A stretch of 26,854 nucleotides of DNA from assembly GCA_002269645.1 (NCBI GenBank), contig NIVC01005079.1, forward strand, positions 1-26,854. The letters are read 5' to 3'. Of this stretch, positions 10,901 to 20,993 are shown one piece after another. The notes under the pieces are model-generated. The model had not been told where the DNA came from and ran no database searches. It worked only from the letters and a program-made list of their open reading frames with translations. Source of the stretch: Macrostomum lignano. Its lineage: Eukaryota. Position 1 is the stretch's first letter. Each line of letters opens with the position of its first letter. Made by a program: the position numbers and the translations under genes.

Positions 10901-12038
10901 GCAGCAGCGGTACGGCGAGTACTCCGGCGACGACCCAAGCAAGCAGTCGACTGAATACTTCGACCTAACAGGCATGTTTCATTGGTGTCCCGAACGGAAC
11001 TTCGAGGATGTAATGCTGAAACCCGGTAGTGCTGCTCGGCTGAATCTGCGCGAGCACTACATAGTGATTGTGTTTGCGGACAGCGACTCGCACCTCATCG
11101 GTCTGCGCAGTTTTGTCATGCCGCTGAGGGCCAGCAACTTTCATCTGAGAGAGCTGAAACCTATTGTGTTTATTGGAAATTTGGAGTTCTTACAGAAAGA
11201 GTGGCAGTCGTTAAAGAACTTCCCGAAGTTGTACATGTTCCCCGGCTCGCCCATGAACCGCGTCATCCTGCGCAGCGCCAAGATCAACCTTTGCGACATG
11301 TGCGTCATTATGAGCGCCAAGTCCAAGTGGAAAGAGCAAATGGATCCCTACCTAATGGACAAGGAGGTCGTGCTGTGCACTCTCAACATTAAGGCGATGT
11401 CATTTGCCGACGAACTGGATACAAGCGTTCAAGCCCAGATGCAGGCATTTCAGAGCAAGGATGCCCAGGCGAAATCCATGATGTCCAAGGTCGCCGTGCC
11501 GATTCTCACCGAAATTTTCGTGGGAAAAAACATCCAATTCTTAGACCAAGACGACAACGACTCGGACGAGGAGGAAATCTACAACTCTCAGCCGTACGCC
11601 TGCGGCAACGCGTTCACTACTGACGTCCTGGATTCGCTCATGTCCACAGTGTTCTACAACATGAACGCCATGACCCTCATTCGAACTCTGGTGACCGGTG
11701 GTGCAACGCCAGAGATGGAGGTGCTCATGGCGGAAGGCCTCAGCATGGACGGTACGGAGGCTACTCCAGAGATTGAGGCCAACAGAAACCGTTGCCGCAT
11801 CATGCAGCTGTCGATGTTGGACACCAGGCTGCGCCCCTACGGCCAGTTAACCTACGGCGAGCTGTTCCCTGGCGTTCTGAAATCGCACGGTATTCTCTGC
11901 TTCGGTGTCTACCGGTACAGGGACAGCTACAATATGGGCGAGCCGCAGACCACGAAGCGGGTAGTTGTCACGAACCCGCCAGCCGAATTCCGGCTGCTTA
12001 ACTCCGATTTAGTGTACTGCTTGGTGCCGTTCCAGTGA
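7129..12038 (+). CDS. slo: Slo1/BK-family Ca2+- and voltage-activated K+ channel alpha subunit; most plausible model join(7129..7935,9418..9842,10080..10780,10843..12038), 1042 aa
   Basis: Contains S0-S6, S4 LRFIRCLR, filter TMSTVGFGD, RCK1 (HVVVCG, DPDAEDASNIMRVISIKN, AQSCLAPGFSTLMANL), CxxCH, TGMFHWC, RCK2, a calcium bowl QFLDQDDNDSDEEE and the C-terminal TNPP motif. Introns 1 and 2 are GT-AG and restore gapless homology. The third junction is uncertain. Confidence 0.95.
8047..8315 (+). mobile_element. tRNA-derived SINE (degenerate) in Slo intron 1
   Basis: A-box-like GCAGCTCAGCGACAAAGCG and an exact B-box GGTTCGAATCC (8097-8107) at tRNA-like spacing, followed by a ~190-bp non-tRNA body and an AT-rich tail. 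The cloverleaf does not fold and no TSD was found. Confidence 0.7.
9418..9842 (+). CDS. slo: Slo channel exon 2 (pore, S6, start of RCK1)
   Basis: Acceptor ATTTCAG|G at 9417/9418 (phase 0) and donor CA|GTGAGT at 9843 (phase 2). Encodes GITFGNCMYFTIVTMSTVGFGD...GSVLNPTDC. Confidence 0.92.
10080..10780 (+). CDS. slo: Slo channel exon 3 (rest of RCK1, CxxCH); 3' boundary uncertain
   Basis: Acceptor CTCCAG|G at 10079/10080 completes the Gln codon and gives DCQRVCLES. The 3' end is provisionally placed at the weak donor G|GTGCGC (10781). Confidence 0.75.
10843..12038 (+). CDS. slo: Slo channel final exon (RCK2, calcium bowl); 5' boundary uncertain
   Basis: This frame is open from 10791 to the TGA at 12036-12038 and carries all RCK2 homology. 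The acceptor candidate is AAATTCAG|G at 10842/10843. Confidence 0.8.
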
Positions 12039-12619
12039 TGAAGTACAGCTTCATCACAGGAGTACATGTAGCACAGCTAACATCGTGTGAGAGTAGGTCC
12101 CGTACACTGCTCGGACCACAGTTTTAATTTGTTATTTTTGCAGTAAGTTTTTGGACAATTTCATTACCCTTAAAATTAAGCCAATTAATGAGGTCACAAA
12201 GGATCATATTTTGTTAATTAAAAAAGAAAAGATATAATCCTTTATGGAGTAGCTAATTCAAGGTCTGCGTAAGATGAGTAAGAGATTTTTGTTGTTTTTT
12301 GACGATGATTGGTCTTTCAGATAGTATGATGGTTTTAAAGATGGGAGATTTAATGCTCTGCGATTCCTAATTATCGGTCGATGAGATTGAACTGTCGAAT
12401 TTTCCTCAGATAATTCGATTGAAGCTCGAGTCTCATTTTATGTTTTTCGATTTTTTACTTTAATTGGGTTGCGTTTTTTTGCTTCTTTAATTAGCAAGCC
12501 TCACAATTTTCAAGTATTCCGAGCCCAAAACTGCTGCTTTACTGCTTTGCTTCTGACATGCACTCTTTACTTTCCCTCTTAGATGCAAGGCTCACAGTTT
12601 TGGAAATTGAAAACATTGC

Positions 12620-12771
12620 CAGTAGCGCAACCAGAAATTTGTTGAGGGGGGGGGGCGGATTCTGGAAGGTGGCTCTGTTTTTGGTGAAAATTCGCTTGGC
12701 CCCTTTGATTTTTTTCCGGTCTCCGCCTTAAGCCTTAGGCGACCGCCCCCCCCCCCCTGGTTGCGCCACTG
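12620..12771. mobile_element. 152-bp hAT-type MITE
   Basis: TIRs CAGTAGCGCAACCAG / CTGGTTGCGCCACTG with subterminal G/C tracts, and a perfect 8-bp TSD AACATTGC (12612-12619, 12772-12779). Confidence 0.9.
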
Positions 12772-14075
12772 AACATTGCGAGTTGTTTTTGTATAAAAAA
12801 TCCAATCGTTTCTTCCCTTGCATCTATTTATAACAACTTGAAAATGTTCAATTAAATTTACTTCTTTTAATGGTACGAAATGCCTGCCCCCTAGCCTAAA
12901 ACTATAAGGACCTCTAGCAGTATACTGCAATGGTCCTTTCCTAAAACCTGTGTGCCGCCGAATAGTGCCGTGACCGACCTTATTGTCGTGATCTTTTTTT
13001 TTCTACTGCACTATATGATGCATCTATTCTATCTTTTCGTTTAAATTTCAAAATACCATCGACGTTTAAACATTGAGGGATGAAATATAGAATTAAGGCA
13101 TAGCATAACTGATGCAACAGTCGACCCGAGCTGAATTTTAAATTTCAAAAGATTAAATTCATTTTATAACTGTTTAACACCACGAACAAGATCATGTGTA
13201 TTTTAGGATTGGTTCAAACAATAAAAGTTCGGACTGTAGCATTCAGGATCGATTGCTATGTACGTAGTTTTACAAGCATCTAACAGTTTAATGTAGTGTT
13301 TCACAAAATCAATGTATTTATTCACATATAATAATTTTTTTCTTTCGACAGAAAATAAATTTGGAACGAATGTTTAGCTAGGTGTCTTTATATATTTACA
13401 TGTAAGCCGTATTTTTGTTGTCATCACCTCTGAGCTCTGGCTCAGCTTAGTTAAGCTAAATGAAGTTAATCTTCCTGTTTTTAACTGTGAAATGAAATGA
13501 AATCATATATAGCCAAAAACGAAGAAATCTGCTGGGATAAGTTGCCAGATGATTGCCAGAGCAGAGGTAAGTAATATAGGGGCCATGCAATGTGTAGTAC
13601 ATGAACTGTAGATAGGGTAGTACACGGAAACCGTAGTAGTAGGATCCCTTAGACTTGGAAAATATCTCAAATTTAAATATCCGCTCGAAGTCGAAGGAAT
13701 CATTAAAAGAGACCAGACTTGAGCAAAAAGCGAATAATTCCAACTAAAATTAATTATTTTTTTCAGTAAACCATATTGTGTCAGGAACGCGGAATACATT
13801 CGATAATGATCCTTGTTACGTACATTCGAAAAGGAGGATCAGAAAGGAGTTATATTTGGAAATTTGATTGAAATGAAATGAGTCACATTACATGATCCTT
13901 TGTAGTGTTTCAATTTTGTCATAACTTTGATTGTTTAAGCTGTCAAGGCTCATGCATCCAGGGAAATTTAACCATAGGCAGACGGATGGCCGTTTTCGTC
14001 CATTCTGTCTACCTCCAAGCTAGACGGCATAAAATCAATCTCTATGGGCCAGATTTGTTGGATTTTTTACCACAG

Positions 14076-14272
14076 CCGTTCCCGACGACTAGAGGCCGAA
14101 AACGGCCATATAAATATTATGTATAAGGACTACTGACTGCTATATATAACCATATTTATAATCAATAGAATTTCATTCCTTCATCTAGGCGGGAACGGTG
14201 GTAGCAGCAACATTTATGATCGTAAATTTGAAAACTGTCTATGGCTGTTTTCGGCCTATCCGTCGGGAACGG
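14076..14272. repeat. ~33-bp imperfect inverted repeat pair (possible transposon remnant)
   Basis: CCGTTCCCGACG...AGGCCGAAAACGGCCATA (14076-14110) is the near reverse complement of 14240-14272. A partial third copy lies near 13987. Confidence 0.6.
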
Positions 14273-14949
14273 TTATAAGCGCCTAAAACTGCAGTCAAAT
14301 AGAGGTTAAAGAGGTGAAAATTTGCTTAATTTGAAGTTGCGATTAAAATTGACCCAAGTATATGTATTATCGGGAAAAAGTAGTCTTTATTTTGACGAGC
14401 TCTGTTTTTTTTAAAAGTAAAAAATACTTCTTTAATACTACTTATAAATTTTACAAGTCACGTCTAAGCTCGCAACCTTTCAGTTGTTATAATAAGATAA
14501 AAATTTAAACAGCCAAAACAATGTTTAGCGTGCTGATCGATCGCGCGGGCTCGATCATTGAGATCTAGATCGGCCTACGGTTCAGGCCTATCTGGAGTCT
14601 AGACTAAGCACTACTTTTTATGACTCATGATTGCAAGTAACAGGATTAAATGACTCCCTCACGAATATACATCTAGGCATAATAGTGTTCGTTGGTTATT
14701 GAAGTTAAAGAAATGTGCATAAATTGTAAAGCAGCGCTGGTTTTATTTTTATCTATTTTTCAATTAATAAATGTCTCCTTTAAAATAGGCCTAGGCCCCT
14801 ACTTGTTAACATCCACTATACCAATACTAGTAATAATAACAAAATTAGTTTTGTTACTCTATAATAGCAAAATTTTAACTTAGGATAAGCCTAAGCCTAT
14901 TTTATTTCTGTGTAGCATTTTAATAAATTTATAGGCCTAGGCAGACTAA

Positions 14950-16180
14950 GGCAGTGCATATCCCCACGGTACTGTAGGAATAATTTCTGTCTTATTCCAA
15001 CAGTACTGTGGGAATAATTTTCTGCTTATCCACACAGCACACTAACAAGATAGCTGCCCCATCTTTTACATATGCCATGGTAATAATTTTCTGCTTATCC
15101 GCACGGCATACTGACAAGATAGCTGCCATATCTTTTACATATATATGCTGTACGTGAATAGTTTATAGCTTTTTAAAGGGAATTTAAATTGAGGATACTA
15201 AGAAGCTGTTGATCTGGATCAACACCATGACCAGCGTTTTTGGCATTCTTTTGTCTTACGATGCCTGCTATGCATTTCAAATGGACGGCCCCTGTTCGTT
15301 TTATGATGCCCATAGAAAGCATATGGCATAGGCGTGATGGTGTAGTTTCTGTATAATTTTTGTTTTATAGCTATACACATATTTTGTATTTCGTATACTT
15401 GATAGATTGTTGTTCATTAATGAAAGGCAAGTTATATATTCTGTTTCGTTTTACGATGCCTTTGGTGTAATTCAGTCTATTATAAGCATCGCAAAACGAA
15501 AGTGAGGGGGGTTATTTTGGGTCCTTAAATTGGTTTACCACTTTTGTCTCCTCTTCTTTATCAATTCTCAGGACTCTTCATATAATGTATAAGTTCAAGT
15601 CCAAGAGTGCTGCTATAATATCCATTTCGTTTAGCAATGCCCCAGACGTTGTAATTATTCATAAGGCATCATAAAACAAAACTGATTATAATGGCTCGAT
15701 AGCTTCAGTTGCTAATGAGGGTGGACACAATGTTAAAGTATGTGAGTCGTGACATTTCCGTGGAAATACAGTTAGAAGTACAAACCAACTGTGTGACTGA
15801 ATTTAAGACCTCTGAAACACTGCTCTCTTCCATTGTAAAGTATACATTTTTAAACCCTTCTTGCTTATTTAACATGGGCATTGTAAGACGAAACAGATAC
15901 AATTTTGGGCATCATAAGATGAAAGAATGCTGCGTTTTTTTGTATTAAAAAAGCTATTAAATCTTTATTTCTATTAAACAAATTGTCAAGCAAAGTTATG
16001 TTGTTAGGCCTATACTGCACTTAAATCGTAAGTGCTGAACTAAATTATCCCACAGCACATGTAAAAGATAGGCCAGCTATCTTGTCAGTGTGCCATGCGG
16101 ATAAATAGAAAATTATTCCCATGGTACCATTGGAACAAGACAGAAATTATTCCTATGGTACCGTGGGGATAAGCACTGCC
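14950..16180. mobile_element. ~1.23-kb non-autonomous DNA transposon with ~140-bp TIRs (PIF/Harbinger-like, superfamily tentative)
   Basis: Positions 14950-~15090 are the reverse complement of ~16045-16180, differing mostly by transitions. Termini are GGCAGTGC...GCACTGCC, with flanks TAA / AAA. There is an internal ~65-bp duplication in the left arm and repeated internal TTTTA(C/T)GATGCC motifs in both orientations. Confidence 0.8.
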
Positions 16181-16302
16181 AAATTTATATGACTGTCATC
16201 TTTGAGTATACTATTAGGGCCTAATGTTACAAAATATTTTTAATAGGACCATTAGGCAATTAAAAGTTAGAACTGGCTTGAGCAAGGAAGTGAACTTCTT
16301 AA

Positions 16303-17086
16303 GGCTCATTCCATATAAGATGGACATATTTGGAAAATAGAAAAAAGTCAATATTTTTGCTTGCCATTGCCTAATTAGCCTATTTTTTTACCAAATGTTT
16401 ATATTGTGCAATATATACAATCTAAGAATAAAGGAATGGTAAAATGTTGGATTAGTATGTTATCAATTGGCAAAAAGTCATTTTTGTAAAAATTTGGACA
16501 TTTTTCGAAGCAAAAGACATCATTAAGATTTTGTACCTTTTAAAAACAAATAGAAAGCTTTTGAAGGTTGAAACAAACTATAGATAAAAGTATAGTACTT
16601 GCATCATCAGATAAAAGCATTGGTGACCAAATAATCTATTATATTTTTAATGTATTAGTACCTCAAAGTTACTGAATTGACAGAAAAAAATATGTTACGA
16701 CCATAATGTTACGACCATAAGGCTGCCTTTTCTTTTGTATCTTTGTTGCCTTTAGTTTATATATTCTAATAAAAGAGTATGATTTCTAAAGATGTTCTTA
16801 GTCAAATTTTAAAAATGTATTGCAAAATATCAAAAATGAAAAATGTTATAAGACTTTTACCTTTTAGTTTCTATATGTCAAAAATCCTGTCGTTACGACC
16901 ATAAGTGTCATTTAAGGTTTAATAGCATCTATACTAATGATGATATCTATATGAAACTCTATAAATATATTCTAGACAAAATAATCTTTCATTTAAAATA
17001 TTGGTTTAGTATATTCTATTATTAGATTTCATTTTATAAGTAAAAATAACCTGTCATGTTACGACCATGCTTATATGGAATGAGCC
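16303..17086. mobile_element. 784-bp non-autonomous DNA transposon flanked by TTAA (Kolobok-like, tentative)
   Basis: Perfect 17-bp TIR GGCTCATTCCATATAAG (16303-16319 / 17070-17086) with TTAA on both sides (16299-16302, 17087-17090). The motif GTTACGACCAT occurs four times internally. Confidence 0.85.
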
Positions 17087-17144
17087 TTAATACTTCTGAT
17101 TTTAATTTTTATAAAATTGTTTTTTTAATTATTAATAGTATAGG

Positions 17145-17423
17145 CAGTGGCAGATCTAGAGTTTCATTTTGGAGGGAGGGCAGTCCAAGTTTTGGGTGTC
17201 AATAAGGAGTATGAGAAGCGCCAATTTTTAAGCTAAAAGGTCCAAAAAATGTGTGTAAAGGGCAAAAAATCAAGCTTAAGGGCCCAAAAAAGGCATTTAG
17301 ATGTGAAAAATCAAGTTTAAGGGGTGTAAATTTAGGTTTTTTTGGGGGGTGCTATATGTTTTGTCAAGCTATTTGAGGGGGGCAGCCCTATCTCCCCCCA
17401 CTCCTCCCCTAAATTTGTCCCTG
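17145..17423. mobile_element. 279-bp older hAT-type MITE
   Basis: Degenerate TIRs CAGTGGCAGATCTAG / CTAAATTTGTCCCTG with subterminal G/C tracts; 8-bp TSD AGTATAGG / AATATAGG (7 of 8 match). Confidence 0.75.
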
Positions 17424-17562
17424 AATATAGGTTAAGCCTAAATTAAAGACTAGTGAGAATTTAAAACTTATAAATTTCTAACTTTTGAGTATAAGGCCTA
17501 TAATAGGCCTATCATAGATAAAATATTAATATTCTCAAATTGTTTATTAAACTATTTTTTCA

Positions 17563-18963
17563 ATGTTTCTCACATTTTCTCTATTTTAGAAGCATGTTTA
17601 GATATCCTTCAAGCTATAAAACAGTAAAAGTAATAACATTGTTTTTTGAGCACTTTTTCCATCTTTAGCAATTCCTAAAAATTCTTAACATTTTAAGGGC
17701 AGCCTCCTAATATAGTGTTAAAGACTTGATAGTTAATGGTCTTAGCAAAAACATAAGTCTAGTTACTTAGACTTCCTTTCCCTCTAACCAATTCATCCCT
17801 TTGGACCATAGACACTTCCAATGGTTTCCATGCATTTTGGTGCCCATGCTTTTTGGTGCCCTAGTTTATGACACCAAAATGATGATAATAAAAAAGAAAT
17901 TCTATAAAAACTATAATAAATACTTTACAAAACATTTGATATTCCTAATAAAAATAGTACATGTTAATTTTGTTAAACTGGTGCATTTCTTAAATTTGGA
18001 AAAAAATGGCTAATTTAACTGCATGCATTTGCTATACGACGTACCATGCAAATATGCAATATAAGCTGGCTGCACTTAGCAAGCGTGCTAGTGCTATGAA
18101 GACTTAGTTTGGTAAATTTGAAATCCATCAACAATGCTACATGTAGCTTTGATGGAAATTATGAAATATGACAATTCTATACATGTATTTTAGTTAGTAT
18201 TGATTTTTTGAATCATACAAATGTTTCTTTTCACAAAACTGCCTAAGAAATGAAGCAAATATTATTTACTGAACTGAAATATTTTGGGGCATAACTTTTG
18301 AACCAAAATCTGTAAGGTTTTTTACAAGCGCATTTGGGACATTATTTTGAAATTTTGATGCGGCGGAGATGTGGCTATAGCGTCATGGTCAAGTACATAC
18401 AATCAAGTAATCAAAAATCATTTTTTAATTAAAACACTAGGTCAGCTTAACAAAATGACCTTAGTTTTTCAAAGTAAATAAGAACTAAAAAGACAAAGCA
18501 CTTATTACTACATTAGGGCTTAATTTCTATATTTTTGTGTCCAATTCTAATGTATAATTTGGGCACCGAAATGCCAGGCACCAAAATGCCAGGCACCAAA
18601 AAGCGTGGATACCCTTCCAACAAGCATTAGTGCCATGTCAAACAATACATGTCTGATTTATCCTTTTTGTTTGCAACTTAGCCTTGTACTTTTCAGTTAG
18701 CCAATTCCTTTTGTCTACCATGCTCTTCTCTACAGACAATCTCAGCTGTTAATTTATCACAAATATTTCAGCTAACCTGTTTGCTAGTTAATATAAATAA
18801 TATAAGTTTAACTTATAGCCTTTACTTCTTTTTTGCCCCACTCTAGTTTAAAGATAGAAAAAAGTGCTTAAAAAACAGTTGTTAATTTTATTGTTTTAAT
18901 AGCTTAAAGGATGTCTAAACATGCTAAAATCAGCTTCTAAAGTGGAGAAAACGCAAAAAACAT
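17563..18963. repeat. Long inverted repeat pair (arms 17563-17668 and 18848-18963) enclosing a nested transposon
   Basis: The reverse complement of the left arm aligns with the right arm over ~105-115 bp (AAAGAT.GAAAAA.GTGCT.AAAAAACA...ATAGCTT.AAGGAT.TCTAAACATGC). No TSD was located. Confidence 0.7.
17823..18613. mobile_element. 791-bp non-autonomous DNA transposon with GG termini and 8-bp TSD (Merlin- or Mutator-like, unresolved)
   Basis: 22-bp TIR with 19 of 22 matches (GGTTTCCATGCATTTTGGTGCC / GGCACCAAAAAGCGTGGATACC), subterminal GGCACCAAAA repeats, and flanks CTTCCAAT (17815-17822) and CTTCCAAC (18614-18621). Confidence 0.75.
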
Positions 18964-19002
18964 CCTCTAAAAACAAGTGGCTGACAAAATTATTGATACT
19001 CA

Positions 19003-19294
19003 TAGTCTGTAACAACTACTCTCTTGACTTGTTCGAGGATTTATTAACCCTCAACAAGATTACCAACACTTGTAGTCTGTAACAACTACTCTCTTGACTT
19101 GTTTAAGGATTTATTAACCCTCAACAAGATTACCAACATTTGTAGTCTGTAACGACTACTCTCTTGACTTGTTCAAGGATTTATTAACCCTCAACAAGAT
19201 TACCAACACTTGTAGTCTATAACAACTACTCTCTTGACTTGTTTGAGGATTTATTAACCCTCGACAAGATTACCAACACTACTCTCTTGACTTG
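19003..19294. repeat. 70-bp minisatellite, 4 copies plus a partial copy
   Basis: Units start at 19003, 19073, 19143 and 19213, and only five positions vary between them. Confidence 0.97.
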
Positions 19295-19398
19295 ATCTGC
19301 TCACGGCTAGTGCAATGCAAACACTTAGATAAACCATGGAGCATACACCACAAAAATTGATTAGCATCTATCTTAATAGAAATTTGCTTTGCCTATTA

Positions 19399-20175
19399 GG
19401 CCAGTTAGAGCTATTTGGAACTATGCCACAGTCTCCATTTAGACACGCACAATATGGTTGGCTGACTTATGTTTCTAATTGTCAAATATGACAATAGAAT
19501 CATTCAGCCCATTGACACACTAAGCAGCTATGATAGACTATATGCTAATGATAGTCAAACCTCTTGCACACAATCAGGATGCAACAATTTTTCAATTGTC
19601 ACCTGTATGGAGGATGAGCACAGCCTCACATTATGGACGCTACAATGCCTCCAAAAAGCAGATCAATTCACCTTGCAATTTTGAGGCTTTATTATCCCTC
19701 AGATTAAAGATTGACCCACATAGTCAAATAAAAGTGACTACTCTTAGCAGCTGCCTTGAGCCACAACAGATGCAAGGGTTTGTAGGTTAGCATTTTCAGT
19801 CAACTGCTCAACTCTAATTTATTGGCTGAAGCAGGGTTCCATTATCCCTTGCTGGTGGCCATATACCAACACTGCAGACACTTTAGACAACCCAATGGAG
19901 CATGCTCTAGCAAGAGCTAGAATAACGTCTATCTTAAAAAAGAAACGCTACCTTAGAACTGGGCTAGTAAGAGCTTTTGGAACCATGCCATAGCTCCATC
20001 TAGACACCCAGCTGCACTAGACAGGGTAATCTGATATACTAAATAACCATGACAGACTATATGCCATTGGGAGTCAAACCTCTCTAGCACAATAAGAATG
20101 CAATAGTTTGTCAAAGAGCCAACAAAGCTATCACCTGCAAGGAGGGTGGGCAGAGCCTCACATTACAAGCACTAG
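19399..20175. repeat. Old diverged direct duplication (~19399-19642 and ~19961-20174)
   Basis: Shared colinear blocks: GAGCT.TTTGGAAC.ATGCCA, CTCCAT.TAGACAC, TGA.AGACTATATGC, AGTCAAACCTCT, GCCTCACATTA. Confidence 0.7.
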
Positions 20176-20224
20176 CGTTTGTTGATATATGGCACTTCAC
20201 CCCTCACAGTTTAGCTTAGTAGTT

Positions 20225-20590
20225 ACCTTGAGTCCCACTAGAAGCAAGGATTGATTATCTATTGCAGGTCAGCATAGCAGTTGCCTTGAGCCACAACAGA
20301 AGCAAAGATTGATTATCCATCACAGGTCAGCATAGCAACTGCCTTGAGCCACAATAGAAGCGAAGATTGATTATCTATCGCAGGTCAACATAGCAGCTAC
20401 CTTGAGCCACAATAGAAGCAAAGATTGATTATCCATCGCAGGTCAACATAGTAGCTGCCTTGAGCCACAACAAAAGTGAGGATTGATTATCCATTGCAAG
20501 TTAGCATAGCAGCTGCCTTCAGCCACAACAGAAGCAAGGATTGATTATCCATTGCAGGTTAGCATAGCAGCTGCCTTGAGCCACAACAGA
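20225..20590. repeat. 58-bp minisatellite, 6 copies plus a partial copy
   Basis: Units start at 20225, 20283, 20341, 20399, 20457, 20515 and 20573. A related monomer lies at ~19745-19790. Confidence 0.97.
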
Positions 20591-20993
20591 CAGGAAGACT
20601 AGTCTTATCTGTAACTTCATCGAGATTTGGGTCAATGGGAGCTGATCCCTGTGGATTTGCTAGATCACTTGGTCTAGATCACTGAGGAATTCCGACTGAA
20701 CTCCCAAAATCTTATTCAGAACATTTTCATTTGGAAAACCTAAAATTTGGGTCTACAATCAGAATTTAGCAGTGTTCCAAGTGAAAAATTTTGAAAAATG
20801 CAGCTGGAACAGCTTTCCTTTTTCCAAACTTTTGCAGGTCACATTTTCTAGAAAAATGGCTATTTTGGGCCAAAAATTCTGATTTTGGCCTTCACTTGGA
20901 ACTCAATTAATAAATTGGGCCCGGATCATAAAATTCTGTGTGAAAAGTACAATGGGTTCTTACAGACCGGATAATACTAAGGCATCTTGATTG

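Noticed and set aside
10791-10968. Programmed -1 ribosomal frameshift joining the two Slo frames
   Set aside because: No canonical X XXY YYZ slippery site with Y = A/U in the overlap; only T TTG GGG at 10887-10893.
7200-12001. Many overlapping alternative-frame and antisense ORFs within Slo, and similar ones over UBC9 and the SSB-like gene
   Set aside because: Expected shadows of GC3-rich coding sequence, with no recognisable motifs.
13513-13566. 54-nt symmetric exon bounded by TAG and GTAAGT
   Set aside because: No pyrimidine tract, no recognisable peptide and no gene to attach it to.
15480-15950. Transposase remnant inside the 14950-16180 element
   Set aside because: Frames are short, interrupted by stops and carry no DDE or Myb motif I can recognise.
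19800-19960. BIR (IAP)-like words LAEAGFHY and DNPMEH
   Set aside because: The two words are in different frames, the spacing is too short, and the CxxC/H/C zinc ligands are missing.
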